Part shown: piece by piece, positions 1-8,206 of the stretch
Layout: each line of letters starts with the position of its first letter
How positions within the stretch are numbered: position 1 is the stretch's first letter
Notes under the pieces: generated by a model
Databases searched by the model: none
Told to the model about the DNA's origin: nothing
The model's input: only the letters and a program-made list of their open reading frames with translations
Assembly (NCBI RefSeq): GCF_000354175.2
Contig: NC_022359.1
Location: forward strand, 240,001-272,000
Source: Vibrio alginolyticus NBRC 15630 = ATCC 17749
GTDB taxonomy: Bacteria > Pseudomonadota > Gammaproteobacteria > Enterobacterales > Vibrionaceae
Direction: 5' to 3'
DNA: 32,000 nt
Position numbers and translations under genes: made by a program

Positions 1-1
1 A

Positions 2-454
2 ATGGACACACTGTTAAAGGACTTTCCCGTTATCACAGAGATAAAAGTCGCATGGGGTGAAATGGATGCTCTGCAACACGTTAATAACGTGGTCTATTTT
101 CGCTACTTCGAGACCGCACGTTTAGATTACTTCAACAAAATTAACCTGCTGGTCGACCTGCAGACCTCGCAAATTGGGCCAGTACTGAGCGAGACTCAAT
201 GCCGCTACAAATTGCCTGTTACTTACCCAGACACGCTATTAGTCGGTTCTCGCGTAATCGACATGCAAGAAGATCGCATCACGATGGAGTACCAAGTGCT
301 GAGTAAGAAGTGGGGTAAAATTGCGACCATCGCGACCGCCACTGGTGTGATGTTTGATTTTAAGAACAACGTAAAAGCGGCGATTCCAGACCACGTTCGC
401 CAGTCGATTTTAGATTTGGAAGGAACTGTGGGTAGCACGCATCATTTAGAGTAG
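2..454 (+). CDS. 4HBT/YbgC-like acyl-CoA thioesterase (hotdog fold)
   Basis: 150-aa ORF with an ATG at nt 2. The N-terminal pattern 'VAWGEMDALQHVNNVVYFRYFETARLDYF' is typical of 4-hydroxybenzoyl-CoA thioesterase-type hotdog proteins. The region upstream of the ATG lies outside the window. Confidence 0.7.
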   Translation: MDTLLKDFPVITEIKVAWGEMDALQHVNNVVYFRYFETARLDYFNKINLLVDLQTSQIGPVLSETQCRYKLPVTYPDTLLVGSRVIDMQEDRITMEYQVLSKKWGKIATIATATGVMFDFKNNVKAAIPDHVRQSILDLEGTVGSTHHLE

Positions 455-480
455 CAAGAAATGAGAGATTAAAGGCGAGG

Positions 481-513
481 TTCCCGACAGCGATTCTTCA
501 TCGCTGTCGGGAA
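481..513 (+). terminator. Perfect 13-bp-stem hairpin downstream of the thioesterase gene
   Basis: ttcccgacagcga / tcgctgtcgggaa flank a 7-nt loop, 27 nt after the stop codon. No U-tract follows, so it may be a REP-like structure or transcript stabiliser rather than a classical intrinsic terminator. Confidence 0.4.
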
Positions 514-528
514 TAACGTATGGCTAAT

Positions 529-1422
529 CTTCCAACCTACGCGATAAGAGAACTAGCGTCATTCTAGCGAGCCAAGGCGAGACTAAGAATCTACTTACCG
601 CTTGCTGCAGGCCTATAGAGATATAAATAAACTCAATACAATCTGAGAGTAGATTCTGAATCACGCTCGTTCCTCGCGGTTCAGAATGACGGTTCGAGTT
701 TGGCTCTGACCTCTACAAAACTATCTAAAAAAGTGATTCCAGACAAGCCTAAGTGACCATCCGGAATCTCGCTTTAGACGCATCAGCAGAGCGACTCTTC
801 CAGCCTACGCGATAAGAAAAACTTCGTCATTCTAGCGAGCCATAGCAAGACTAAGAATCTACTTACCGCTTGCAGCAGACCATAAAGCCATGAATAAACT
901 CAATACAATCTGAGGGTAGATTCTGAATCACGCTCGTTCCTCGCGGTTCAGAATGACGGTTCGAGTTTGGCTCTGACCTCTACAAAACCATCTAAAAAAG
1001 CGATTCCAGAAGAACCTAAGTGAGTCACTCGGAATCTCGCTTTAAACGTATCAGTAGAGCGACTCTTCCAGCCTACGCGATAAGAAAAGCTACGTCATTC
1101 TAGCGAGCCAAAGCGAGACTAAGAATCTACTTGCCGCTTGCTGCAGACCATAAAGCCATGAATAAACTCAATACAATCTGAAGGTAGATTCTGATTCACG
1201 CTCGTTCCTCGCGGTTCAGAATGACGGTTCGAGTTTGACTCTGACCTCTACAAAACCATCTAAAAAAGCGATTCCAGACAAGCCTAAGTGACCATCCGAA
1301 ATCTCGCTTGAGACGCATCAGCAGCGCGACTCTTCCAGCCTACGCGATAAGAAAAGCTGCGTCATTCTAGCGAGCCATAGCGAGACTAAGAATCTGCTTG
1401 CCGCTTGCTGCAGACCATAGAG
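529..1422. repeat. Tandem array of 3 full copies plus one 91-bp partial copy of a ~268-bp composite non-coding unit
   Basis: Unit starts ('cttcca[a/g]cctacgcgataag') fall at 529, 797, 1065 and 1332, giving periods of 268, 268 and 267 bp. The copies differ by only scattered substitutions. Each unit contains three imperfect palindromic modules with gaatc/gattc-type arms. The six-frame track shows no ORF of 60 aa or more. Confidence 0.9.
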
Positions 1423-1425
1423 CGG

Positions 1426-1644
1426 TTAGCAGAATGTCTCGATGTACAGCGCTTCCACCTTATCTCTGGCCCATTGCGTTTTACGCAGGAACTTCAGCGA
1501 CGATTTGATTGAAGGATCTTTCTTGAAACAGTTCACACGAACGCGCTCATACATGCCATTCCAACCAAAGTGTTCAACTAGTCGGGTGACGATTTTCTCT
1601 AAACTCAACCCGTGAAGTGGGTTATTCGGCTGCTGTTGGCTCAT
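1426..1644 (-). CDS. VF530/DUF2132-family small putative DNA-binding protein
   Basis: 72-aa ORF. '[58 protein letters not shown]' matches my recollection of the DUF2132 (VF530) four-helix family. The stop codon lies 3 nt from the end of the tandem array. Confidence 0.7.
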   Translation of the reverse strand: MSQQQPNNPLHGLSLEKIVTRLVEHFGWNGMYERVRVNCFKKDPSIKSSLKFLRKTQWARDKVEALYIETFC

Positions 1645-1776
1645 GCTATTGATCCGGTAAAGTGAAGTTGCGCGCTAATCTAACTCAAACTCGCCGTGCA
1701 ACCTAATGTTTTAACCTTGAATTGGCCTACGACTCTCCCCTATAGTAGCCCAAACTTCTTAAAAGCCCTTTTCATT

Positions 1777-2700
1777 ATGAAAGCCCTCAACGACCTCAAT
1801 ATTTTTGTCGAAACCGCGCGCCAAGGCAGCTTTTCAAAAGCCGCTAACAGTATGGACATGACACCTGCCGCCATTAGCGCATCGATTAAGCGTCTTGAAG
1901 GGCAAATCGGTTTCCCGTTGTTTGTGCGTTCCACCCGAAGCCTGCGTTTAACCTCAGAGGGCGAACTGTTTTTAGACAAAACCACGCAAGCGTTGGCAAC
2001 ATTGCAAGAGGGGTTGGATCAGATCTCAAGTGCGCGCGGGGAGTTGTCTGGTCAGCTGCACATTACTGCACCCTCCGATTTTGGTCGCAATATGTTGCTC
2101 GATTGGGTGGATGAGTTCATCGATCTCTACCCAAATGTTTCCATCAAACTAGAGCTGTCCGATAGCTTGACGGATATGTACACAAAGCCTGTCGATATTG
2201 CGATTCGCTACGGCGAGCCGGCCGACTCCAATCTGGTCGTATTGGCATTATGTGGGTCAAACGAACGGATATTATGTGCATCGCCAGAGTACGTAGCTAC
2301 ACATCCAGAACTCGCCTCTCCTGCCGATTTAACGCAACACAACTGCTTGTGCTACATGGTCGCGGATTCGGTCTACAACAAATGGACGCTCACGCGTGGC
2401 AGCGAGAAAGAACAAATCGTGGTCAGCGGTAACTTGTTGAGCAACGATAGTGACTTGCCACACCGGTTAGCGATCAAAGGCAAAGGCATTGCGAATAAAT
2501 CATTGATGGACATTAGCCGAGACTTAATCGAGGGAAGATTGGTGCGAGTGTTACCAGAGTGGGATTGCGGCCCAGTGCCGCTCTACATGGTGTGCGCCGA
2601 TCGTCGGTTACTAACGCCAACGATTCGGACTTTCCGCGACTTTATCCAACAAAAATGCTGCCAGCAACGCGCCAACGTGCTGGCAACCTTCTGTCATTAG
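1777..2700 (+). CDS. LysR-family transcriptional regulator
   Basis: N-terminal wHTH 'LNIFVETARQGSFSKAANSMDMTPAAISASIKRLEGQIGFPLFVRSTRSLRLTSEG' followed by a LysR substrate-binding domain. I prefer the ATG at 1777 (MKALNDL...) because the ORF-track start at 1696 would add a non-homologous 27-aa extension. Confidence 0.85.
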   Translation: MKALNDLNIFVETARQGSFSKAANSMDMTPAAISASIKRLEGQIGFPLFVRSTRSLRLTSEGELFLDKTTQALATLQEGLDQISSARGELSGQLHITAPSDFGRNMLLDWVDEFIDLYPNVSIKLELSDSLTDMYTKPVDIAIRYGEPADSNLVVLALCGSNERILCASPEYVATHPELASPADLTQHNCLCYMVADSVYNKWTLTRGSEKEQIVVSGNLLSNDSDLPHRLAIKGKGIANKSLMDISRDLIEGRLVRVLPEWDCGPVPLYMVCADRRLLTPTIRTFRDFIQQKCCQQRANVLATFCH

Positions 2701-2987
2701 GCGATAAATCGAAGAGGACGAATCTGGGTATATTCAACCCAATCGTTCTCTTCTAATGTTTCAAGAAACGTCGCCATGTGCGGGCTTTGCAAATGCTTAT
2801 CCAAGGCCTCTTGCGATGCCCAGATTTCTTGGAACATAAATAGGCCTTCAACTTTCTCGTCAAGATACAACTCGTATTGGCAACAGCCTTCTTCTTTGCG
2901 AGTTGGCTCTAGTAAACCAGAAAGCAAATTCGCCACCTGATCCTTACGGTCTGGATAGGCTTTAACTTCTGCGACTAAGTGGATCAT
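2697..2987 (-). CDS. ABM-domain (antibiotic biosynthesis monooxygenase-like) protein, YgiN-type putative quinol monooxygenase
   Basis: 96 aa. 'VAEVKAYPDRKDQVANLLSGLLEPTRKEEGCCQYELYLD...FMFQEIWASQEALDKHLQSPH' is the typical ABM dimeric alpha/beta-barrel pattern. Its stop codon overlaps the LysR stop by 4 nt (convergent genes). Confidence 0.75.
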   Translation of the reverse strand: MIHLVAEVKAYPDRKDQVANLLSGLLEPTRKEEGCCQYELYLDEKVEGLFMFQEIWASQEALDKHLQSPHMATFLETLEENDWVEYTQIRPLRFIA

Positions 2988-3056
2988 CGTTTTATCACTC
3001 TTTTGCGATTTATATATTGATTACAGGGTTCTACGTAACCTGCAAGTAAGCTTGAA

Positions 3057-3710
3057 TTAGATCTCGGTGAATACGGTTTCTGCGTCCCAGCGAGACTTTG
3101 GCGTTTTCGCGTTGAAGTCATCTTCCGCGTGGTAGCCAAGCGGCACGATCACAACACTGGTATAACCTTTTTCACGCAAGCCAAATTCTTCATCCAGCAC
3201 TTTTGGATCAAACCCTTCAATTGGTACTGCATCAATTTCTAGCGTCGAAGCACCCAACAGCAACGTACCCACGTTGAGGTAAACTTGTTTCTCCATCCAA
3301 TGGTTTGCATCTTTCAGATCAAAACGGTGCATGTTCACAAAGTAGCTACGACCACCGCGTACAGCCGCTTTCGCTTCTTCAGTTGGGAATCGACCATCTT
3401 TTTCTTCTTGCACCATTAGCGCTTCAATGTAGTCGTTATCAATGCCTGTTTTCGCACAAAACACCAATACGTGAGAAGCGTTGAGAATCTTCGCCGCGTT
3501 AAACGCGTAATTCTCTTGCGCCGCTTTAGCGATGCGCTGTTTGCCTTCTTCTGTGCTTGCCAGAATGAAATGCCAAGGCTGGGAGTTCACACTCGATGGA
3601 CTAAAACGAATCAGCTCTTTAACTGCGTCGATTTTTTCTTGAGATAGCTTGCGCGTTGAGTCAAACACTTTCGTTGAGTAACGAGATTTTGCAGCTTGTA
3701 CGATATCCAT
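3057..3710 (-). CDS. nfsB: Oxygen-insensitive NAD(P)H nitroreductase / FMN reductase, NfsB family
   Basis: Collinear along its length with E. coli NfsB as I recall it ('RYSTKVFD', 'SPSSVNSQPWHFILAS', 'KQVYLNVG', 'DAVPIEGFD', 'KGYTS'). The start is taken at MDIV (3710) to match the NfsB N-terminus. The ORF-track start at 3722 is the alternative. Confidence 0.85.
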   Translation of the reverse strand: MDIVQAAKSRYSTKVFDSTRKLSQEKIDAVKELIRFSPSSVNSQPWHFILASTEEGKQRIAKAAQENYAFNAAKILNASHVLVFCAKTGIDNDYIEALMVQEEKDGRFPTEEAKAAVRGGRSYFVNMHRFDLKDANHWMEKQVYLNVGTLLLGASTLEIDAVPIEGFDPKVLDEEFGLREKGYTSVVIVPLGYHAEDDFNAKTPKSRWDAETVFTEI

Positions 3711-3877
3711 GAGGTTCTCCAATTAATGAATTTAAGCTGTGTAACAGCATAACCTCATGAGATAAAGGGAAAAACCGATTTCGATTAAAAACATTTTCAA
3801 AATAAATTTGAAAATAAAACGATAAGAAAGGCTTTGAGCGTTCTCACTGAATTTCTTCATCTTTTCGGCAATAATGC

Positions 3878-5335
3878 ATGTTTGCTCGCAACCAAACTCA
3901 ACTCATGCAGCCTCAAGATAACGTTATTACATCCTTTCTGTGCAAAAAGCTCGGTCACAATCACCTTCGAATTGCCGGCGAATATTGGCACATTGAGAAG
4001 TTGGTGGCCTTGCAATGCATGATGTTGAAAGAAGCGCCTAACCTCCAGGAAGGGCTGCTTTGGTGGAGTAAAAGTGTCTCATTATTCGACCGCCGTTTGT
4101 ACGTCACATTTCAACATGGTGATGCCCAAATCCATCTGCAAGTAGAATGCAGAACAGCCGATATGCCAAATTGGGCGGAGTCGGTGTTTGGCTTGCTCAA
4201 AATGCAGTTGGAGACGCTTGAGCTAAGTGAATCAATACAAGTTCAAGCCAGCAATCCACTCGCGGCCGATATTTTTCTAGGGGAAACGCGAGATTCTAAA
4301 ACCAGTTTAAGCGTGTTTGAACTGGTGAAACATGTTTATTTGCTGCTTTCTCACCAACCAATTGAACAGCCAGAATTGCTGAGTGTTTTGAACGCCTTGT
4401 TCATCAAAAACAGTAATTACGCGCTCAAGTTAGAGCAAGCGGCAAGGCAACTGGGCGTCTCCAAACGCACCTTGCAACGTCGACTGCAAGAAAAGCAAAT
4501 GAGCTACTCTCAATGCGTTGATTTCGCTAAAAGAAAGCAAGCACTCACTTTGCTTGCCGACACCCAACTCACAACGCAGCAAATCGCCTATCAACTTGGT
4601 TATGAAGAACCTTCGAACTTTCACCGCACTTTTCGTCGTTGGTATCCGTTTTCACCCATGCAATATCGCCAGCAGTGCTTAGATAACCGCACTCATCTCA
4701 ACAACCAACCCATCCGCTTGTACTACGCCAAAGCGAATACTTTAGCCGATAACGACATTGACCAACCCGTCGGTAAAATCTGGATGGAAGTGGATAATAT
4801 TGCGTTTGAAAAAGTGGTCTCCGTTGAATGTCGAGACCGTGATGGCACGTGGCGTCGCTACCCAGCCTTCTTCGAGCGTTTTTTGAATAATGGCACCGAA
4901 CTATGGGCGACGACCGAACTTCCGGTAGCGCATCCCCTTACCTTTCGCCTGTGTTATGAAGTCGATGGAGAACGTTACATTGAGAATAACCACCAGCGTG
5001 ATTATGTGGTTTCTAAGGGGCTTTTAATTGGCGCAACGGAATACATTGTCCCGACTCGGCAGCTTATTAATATTGGGGCGCAATACACGCTCTTTATCGA
5101 ACTGGCATGCCGACTTGAAAACGTTTCGAGGATTAACTGTTACGTCGATGATGACCCCACACCTCACGCAATGCGCTTGACCCAACACTCGCTACATTAT
5201 GCTTGTTGGGTGCTGCAATTATCGCTCACTCAAACTGCAAAGCAGTGCCGTTTCCGCCTTTATGATGAATCCGACAACGAGCTCGCGAAAGAGCATTACC
5301 CGATACAATATCCTATTGTGCAACCACTCAATTAA
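3878..5335 (+). CDS. AraC-family transcriptional regulator with a C-terminal CBM21-like (starch/glycogen-binding) module and a further uncharacterised tail
   Basis: The central AraC HTH pair is 'LEQAARQLGVSKRTLQRRLQ' and 'QIAYQLGYEEPSNFHRTFRRWYPFSPMQYR' (about nt 4380-4680). It is followed by 'GKIWMEVDNIAFEKVVSVECRDRDGTWRRY...TFRLCYEVDGERYIENNHQRDY' (about nt 4710-5010), which fits the CBM21 pattern. There is no signal peptide. The start codon is uncertain because no clear RBS is present. Confidence 0.75.
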   Translation: MFARNQTQLMQPQDNVITSFLCKKLGHNHLRIAGEYWHIEKLVALQCMMLKEAPNLQEGLLWWSKSVSLFDRRLYVTFQHGDAQIHLQVECRTADMPNWAESVFGLLKMQLETLELSESIQVQASNPLAADIFLGETRDSKTSLSVFELVKHVYLLLSHQPIEQPELLSVLNALFIKNSNYALKLEQAARQLGVSKRTLQRRLQEKQMSYSQCVDFAKRKQALTLLADTQLTTQQIAYQLGYEEPSNFHRTFRRWYPFSPMQYRQQCLDNRTHLNNQPIRLYYAKANTLADNDIDQPVGKIWMEVDNIAFEKVVSVECRDRDGTWRRYPAFFERFLNNGTELWATTELPVAHPLTFRLCYEVDGERYIENNHQRDYVVSKGLLIGATEYIVPTRQLINIGAQYTLFIELACRLENVSRINCYVDDDPTPHAMRLTQHSLHYACWVLQLSLTQTAKQCRFRLYDESDNELAKEHYPIQYPIVQPLN

Positions 5336-5363
5336 AACTGTCGGTCAGATCAAAATCGTCTCT

Positions 5364-5388
5364 TCGTGACATCATTTCACGTCTTTTT
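5364..5388 (+). terminator. Weak candidate terminator after the AraC-CBM21 gene
   Basis: 5-bp stem cgtga/tcacg followed by tcttttttgg. The stem is short, so read-through into the amylase gene is plausible. Confidence 0.3.
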
Positions 5389-5464
5389 TGGCGCAAAATG
5401 ACACTCTCAATTTCTAACCTTTGCTTTATCGTTTCCGCATTGCTGCATAACGGAGACAAAAACC

Positions 5465-8122
5465 GTGTTTGAAACCTTACCTAACCCAATGAATAAAATA
5501 AAAATACTCCCTTTAGCGATCGCCTTAGCTCTTTCTGGCTGTGGTAGCGATGAGACTACGCCAGCAGATACAGGAAGCCACGTGGCATCTCCTGATTGGC
5601 AAGACCAGATCATTTACTTCTTGATGATCGACCGTTTTAACGACGGCGACAACACGCTTAACGATCAAGGTCAGAATGAGTACGATCCTACCTCAGACAA
5701 AAAATTCAGTGGTGGTGACCTGGTTGGTGTCAGCGACAAACTGGGCTACATCGAAGACCTAGGCGCAACCTCTATCTGGATTACGCCGCCAGTGGCAAAC
5801 CAATGGTGGGACGCAGAACAAAACTACGGCGGCTACCACGGCTACTGGGCGCGTGACTTCCAAAAAGTGGATGAGCACTTTGGTGACATGGAAAGCTACC
5901 AAGCGTTAGCACGCGAAGTGCATGCGCGTAACATGTTCTTAATTCAGGACATCGTGACCAACCATGTAGGCAACTTCTTCACCTACGATGATCCTTACAG
6001 TTATGATCCAAGCCTACCTTGCCAAGGCTTCCGTTTGATTAAAAATACACTACCCGCCGGGCAAGAACTGCCGTACCCACTCAACATGAACGAGTGTAAA
6101 ACAGACGGCACAGGCAGCTACCACTGGACACCAACCATCACCGACCACAACGATCCGGTACAAGAAAAAACCTGGCAGCTCTCTGATTTGGATGACCTTA
6201 ATACGTCCGATCCTGAAGTACGCGCTTATCTAAAAGAGAGCTACCGAAAATGGATTCGCGAAGTCGGCGTCGACGGATTCCGTATCGATACGGTGAAGTT
6301 TGTTGAGCACGATTTCTGGAACGACTTCCTGCACGCCGACGATGGTGTGATGACTCAAGCGGTTGATACCGGTCGCGATAACTTCCTGACCTTTGGTGAA
6401 GTATTCGAAACATCTACGCCTTACCACACCGAAGGCGAAGAGAAGATGCTGACTTACATCGGTGAAAGTGGCTCGCCGAAACAGCTAACCTCGGTACTGA
6501 ACTTCCCATTGCAAGCGACCATGACGCGCGTATTTGCATCAGGGCAACCGACCGACTATTTACGTTTCCGTCTTGAGAAAATGATGGACATGTTCCCAAA
6601 TCCATACATCATGCCGAACTTCATTGATAACCACGATACGCCACGTTTTCTATCGCAAGGCAGTGTCAACGATATGAAGCAAGCTCTGATCACAATGATG
6701 GCGGTACCGGGCATCCCTGTGATTTACCAAGGTACAGAGCAAGCGATGTCAGCGGCGCGTGATGCGATGTTCGCCGGAGGGTACCGTGAAGATGGCAACT
6801 ACGTAGACTCATTCGACCAAAACAGCGAGATGTACTTGTTCATCCAAGAGCTTGCTAAGTTACGTACCGAAAACAAAGTCATGACACGCGGCGAAATGAA
6901 AGTCATTGGCAGCGATAAAGCTGGTGCAGGTGTGTTCGCCTTTACCCGCACTTTGGATAACGACGAAGTCTTAGTGGTAATGAACACATCTAACTCCCCA
7001 ATGTTGATGAACCAACTCGATGTAGAGCAAGCGGGCGGCACCGTCTTCCAACAACAAATCATGTCGAATTGGGCGGACGCTCCAGAGCAGTTAATCGCCG
7101 ATGAAAACGGTCACGTAACCCTTGAGTTGCCAGCCAAGTCAGCAGTGATTTACTCAAAAACAAGCAGCAATCAATCTGTAGATACCCCAGACCTCAACAT
7201 CCAACTAGCGCAGGATTGGGAAGGACAAACCATCACTGGTGATATTGTTATCGCGGGTAGTGCGAACGCCAACGAGAAGTTGAACCTCGTCGTCGATGGT
7301 AACTTGGAAACAGCGCAAACCATTACTGTAGGTGCTGATGGTCAGTTTAGTGTCACGCTGTCGACTCGTCATTTTGCGATTGGCGAGCAACAGCACCGCT
7401 TCGCGATTTATTCCACCGAGAAAAAAGCAGGCATCGAGGACGTGAATTTTGTCTCCAACCTAAGCTGGTCAAACACGCCGGACGACACCATTGATGATGC
7501 GGGCGATGCACAAGACGGCGTGGGCGGCCCAAACGGCAACTACTCATTACCAACCGATCCAACGTTCGACAAAGACAACAGCCAACTCGCGATCAACAAA
7601 GCAGAAGTGTTTACCGTTGGCAGTAACGTACGCTTGACCTTCACTATGGACAAAATCACCGACACTTGGTTGCCACCAAACGGCTTCGACCACGTGGGTT
7701 TCACCATCTTTATTGATTTACCGGAAGAAGCCGCAACCAACTTGTCTGAGCTACCGAAGATCAACGCTTCTATGCCAAACGGAACCTGGAGTCGCAATGC
7801 GGTTGTTTTTGGCTGGCAAAGCTCGATTTACAACACCAAAGGAGCAAATGCGACGACATGGGGAGAAGCCGTAACGCCAGCACCAATGGTCACGGTAGAC
7901 AAAGCCAACAACACCATTTCGATGGACTTTGCTAGCGATGCACTAGGCCGCCCAGATTCGCTCGATGGTATCCGCTTCTATGTCACGACTTGGGACTTAG
8001 ACGGCCTTTCGGCAACTTACCGTCCGCTAGAACAAGACAAAGGCCCTTGGAACTTCTCCGGTGGCGCATCGGATGAAAGTAAGATTTGGGACGATTTACC
8101 AATCATCACCTTGTCGGAATAA
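5465..8122 (+). CDS. GH13 alpha-amylase-family lipoprotein with a long C-terminal extension (glucodextranase-C-like / beta-sandwich domains)
   Basis: Lipobox 'LALSGC' with Gly at +2. The four GH13 conserved regions are present: 'DIVTNHVG', 'GFRIDTVKFVEH', 'FGEVF' and 'FIDNHDTPRF'. About 300 extra C-terminal residues follow. The start is either the GTG at 5465 (GGAG 8 nt upstream) or the ATG at 5489 (MNKIKILPL...). Confidence 0.9.
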   Translation: MFETLPNPMNKIKILPLAIALALSGCGSDETTPADTGSHVASPDWQDQIIYFLMIDRFNDGDNTLNDQGQNEYDPTSDKKFSGGDLVGVSDKLGYIEDLGATSIWITPPVANQWWDAEQNYGGYHGYWARDFQKVDEHFGDMESYQALAREVHARNMFLIQDIVTNHVGNFFTYDDPYSYDPSLPCQGFRLIKNTLPAGQELPYPLNMNECKTDGTGSYHWTPTITDHNDPVQEKTWQLSDLDDLNTSDPEVRAYLKESYRKWIREVGVDGFRIDTVKFVEHDFWNDFLHADDGVMTQAVDTGRDNFLTFGEVFETSTPYHTEGEEKMLTYIGESGSPKQLTSVLNFPLQATMTRVFASGQPTDYLRFRLEKMMDMFPNPYIMPNFIDNHDTPRFLSQGSVNDMKQALITMMAVPGIPVIYQGTEQAMSAARDAMFAGGYREDGNYVDSFDQNSEMYLFIQELAKLRTENKVMTRGEMKVIGSDKAGAGVFAFTRTLDNDEVLVVMNTSNSPMLMNQLDVEQAGGTVFQQQIMSNWADAPEQLIADENGHVTLELPAKSAVIYSKTSSNQSVDTPDLNIQLAQDWEGQTITGDIVIAGSANANEKLNLVVDGNLETAQTITVGADGQFSVTLSTRHFAIGEQQHRFAIYSTEKKAGIEDVNFVSNLSWSNTPDDTIDDAGDAQDGVGGPNGNYSLPTDPTFDKDNSQLAINKAEVFTVGSNVRLTFTMDKITDTWLPPNGFDHVGFTIFIDLPEEAATNLSELPKINASMPNGTWSRNAVVFGWQSSIYNTKGANATTWGEAVTPAPMVTVDKANNTISMDFASDALGRPDSLDGIRFYVTTWDLDGLSATYRPLEQDKGPWNFSGGASDESKIWDDLPIITLSE

Positions 8123-8140
8123 ACCGTTAAATAAAGCACC

Positions 8141-8161
8141 GCCCAGCGTTTAGCTGGGCGG
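8141..8161. terminator. Hairpin between the convergent amylase and DD-carboxypeptidase genes
   Basis: cgcccagc-gttt-agctgggcg. A T-rich run follows only on the minus-strand reading. Confidence 0.5.
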
Positions 8162-8170
8162 CCATCAACA

Positions 8171-8204
8171 AAAAAATGCAGAAAGACACTTCTGCTCGTT
8201 TTTA
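8171..8204. terminator. Bidirectional rho-independent terminator
   Basis: gcagaa-agacac-ttctgc stem, flanked by an A7 run upstream and tcgttttt downstream, so each strand sees a U-tract. It sits directly next to the dac stop codon at 8207. Confidence 0.6.
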
Positions 8205-8206
8205 TT

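Noticed and set aside
740-780. Third palindromic module ('...cctaagtgaccatccggaatc...') considered as an ERIC element because of the shared 'taagtgac' string
   Set aside because: Only a short string is shared. The rest of the ERIC consensus (e.g. ...CTGGGGTGAGCG) is absent.
529-1422. Tandem array considered as a CRISPR array
   Set aside because: The entire ~268-bp unit repeats, so there are no short conserved repeats alternating with unique spacers. No cas genes or leader are present in the window.
529-1422. Tandem array considered as superintegron attC (VCR/VPR-type) sites or gene cassettes
   Set aside because: There are no GTTRRRY core sites at the unit borders. There are no cassette ORFs between repeats. 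The unit length and sequence do not resemble the ~120-bp Vibrio attC repeats as I recall them, and no integrase lies nearby.
1696-1776. N-terminal extensions implied by the longest-ORF starts (1696, 9512, 12741, 14276, 28454, 17766, 3722)
   Set aside because: In each case an internal ATG preceded by a Shine-Dalgarno-like sequence gives an N-terminus matching the family (LysR HTH, signal peptides, NfsB). The extensions are non-homologous and often start at TTG or GTG.
3834-4022. 62-aa plus-strand ORF overlapping the start of the AraC-family gene
   Set aside because: It lies out of frame with and overlapping the longer supported ORF. It has no RBS and no recognisable features.
6198-7797. Seven minus-strand ORFs (63-87 aa) inside the amylase gene
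   Set aside because: They are antisense shadow ORFs within a well-supported GH13 coding region. Their compositions are low-complexity and Arg/Ser-rich, with no RBS or family resemblance.
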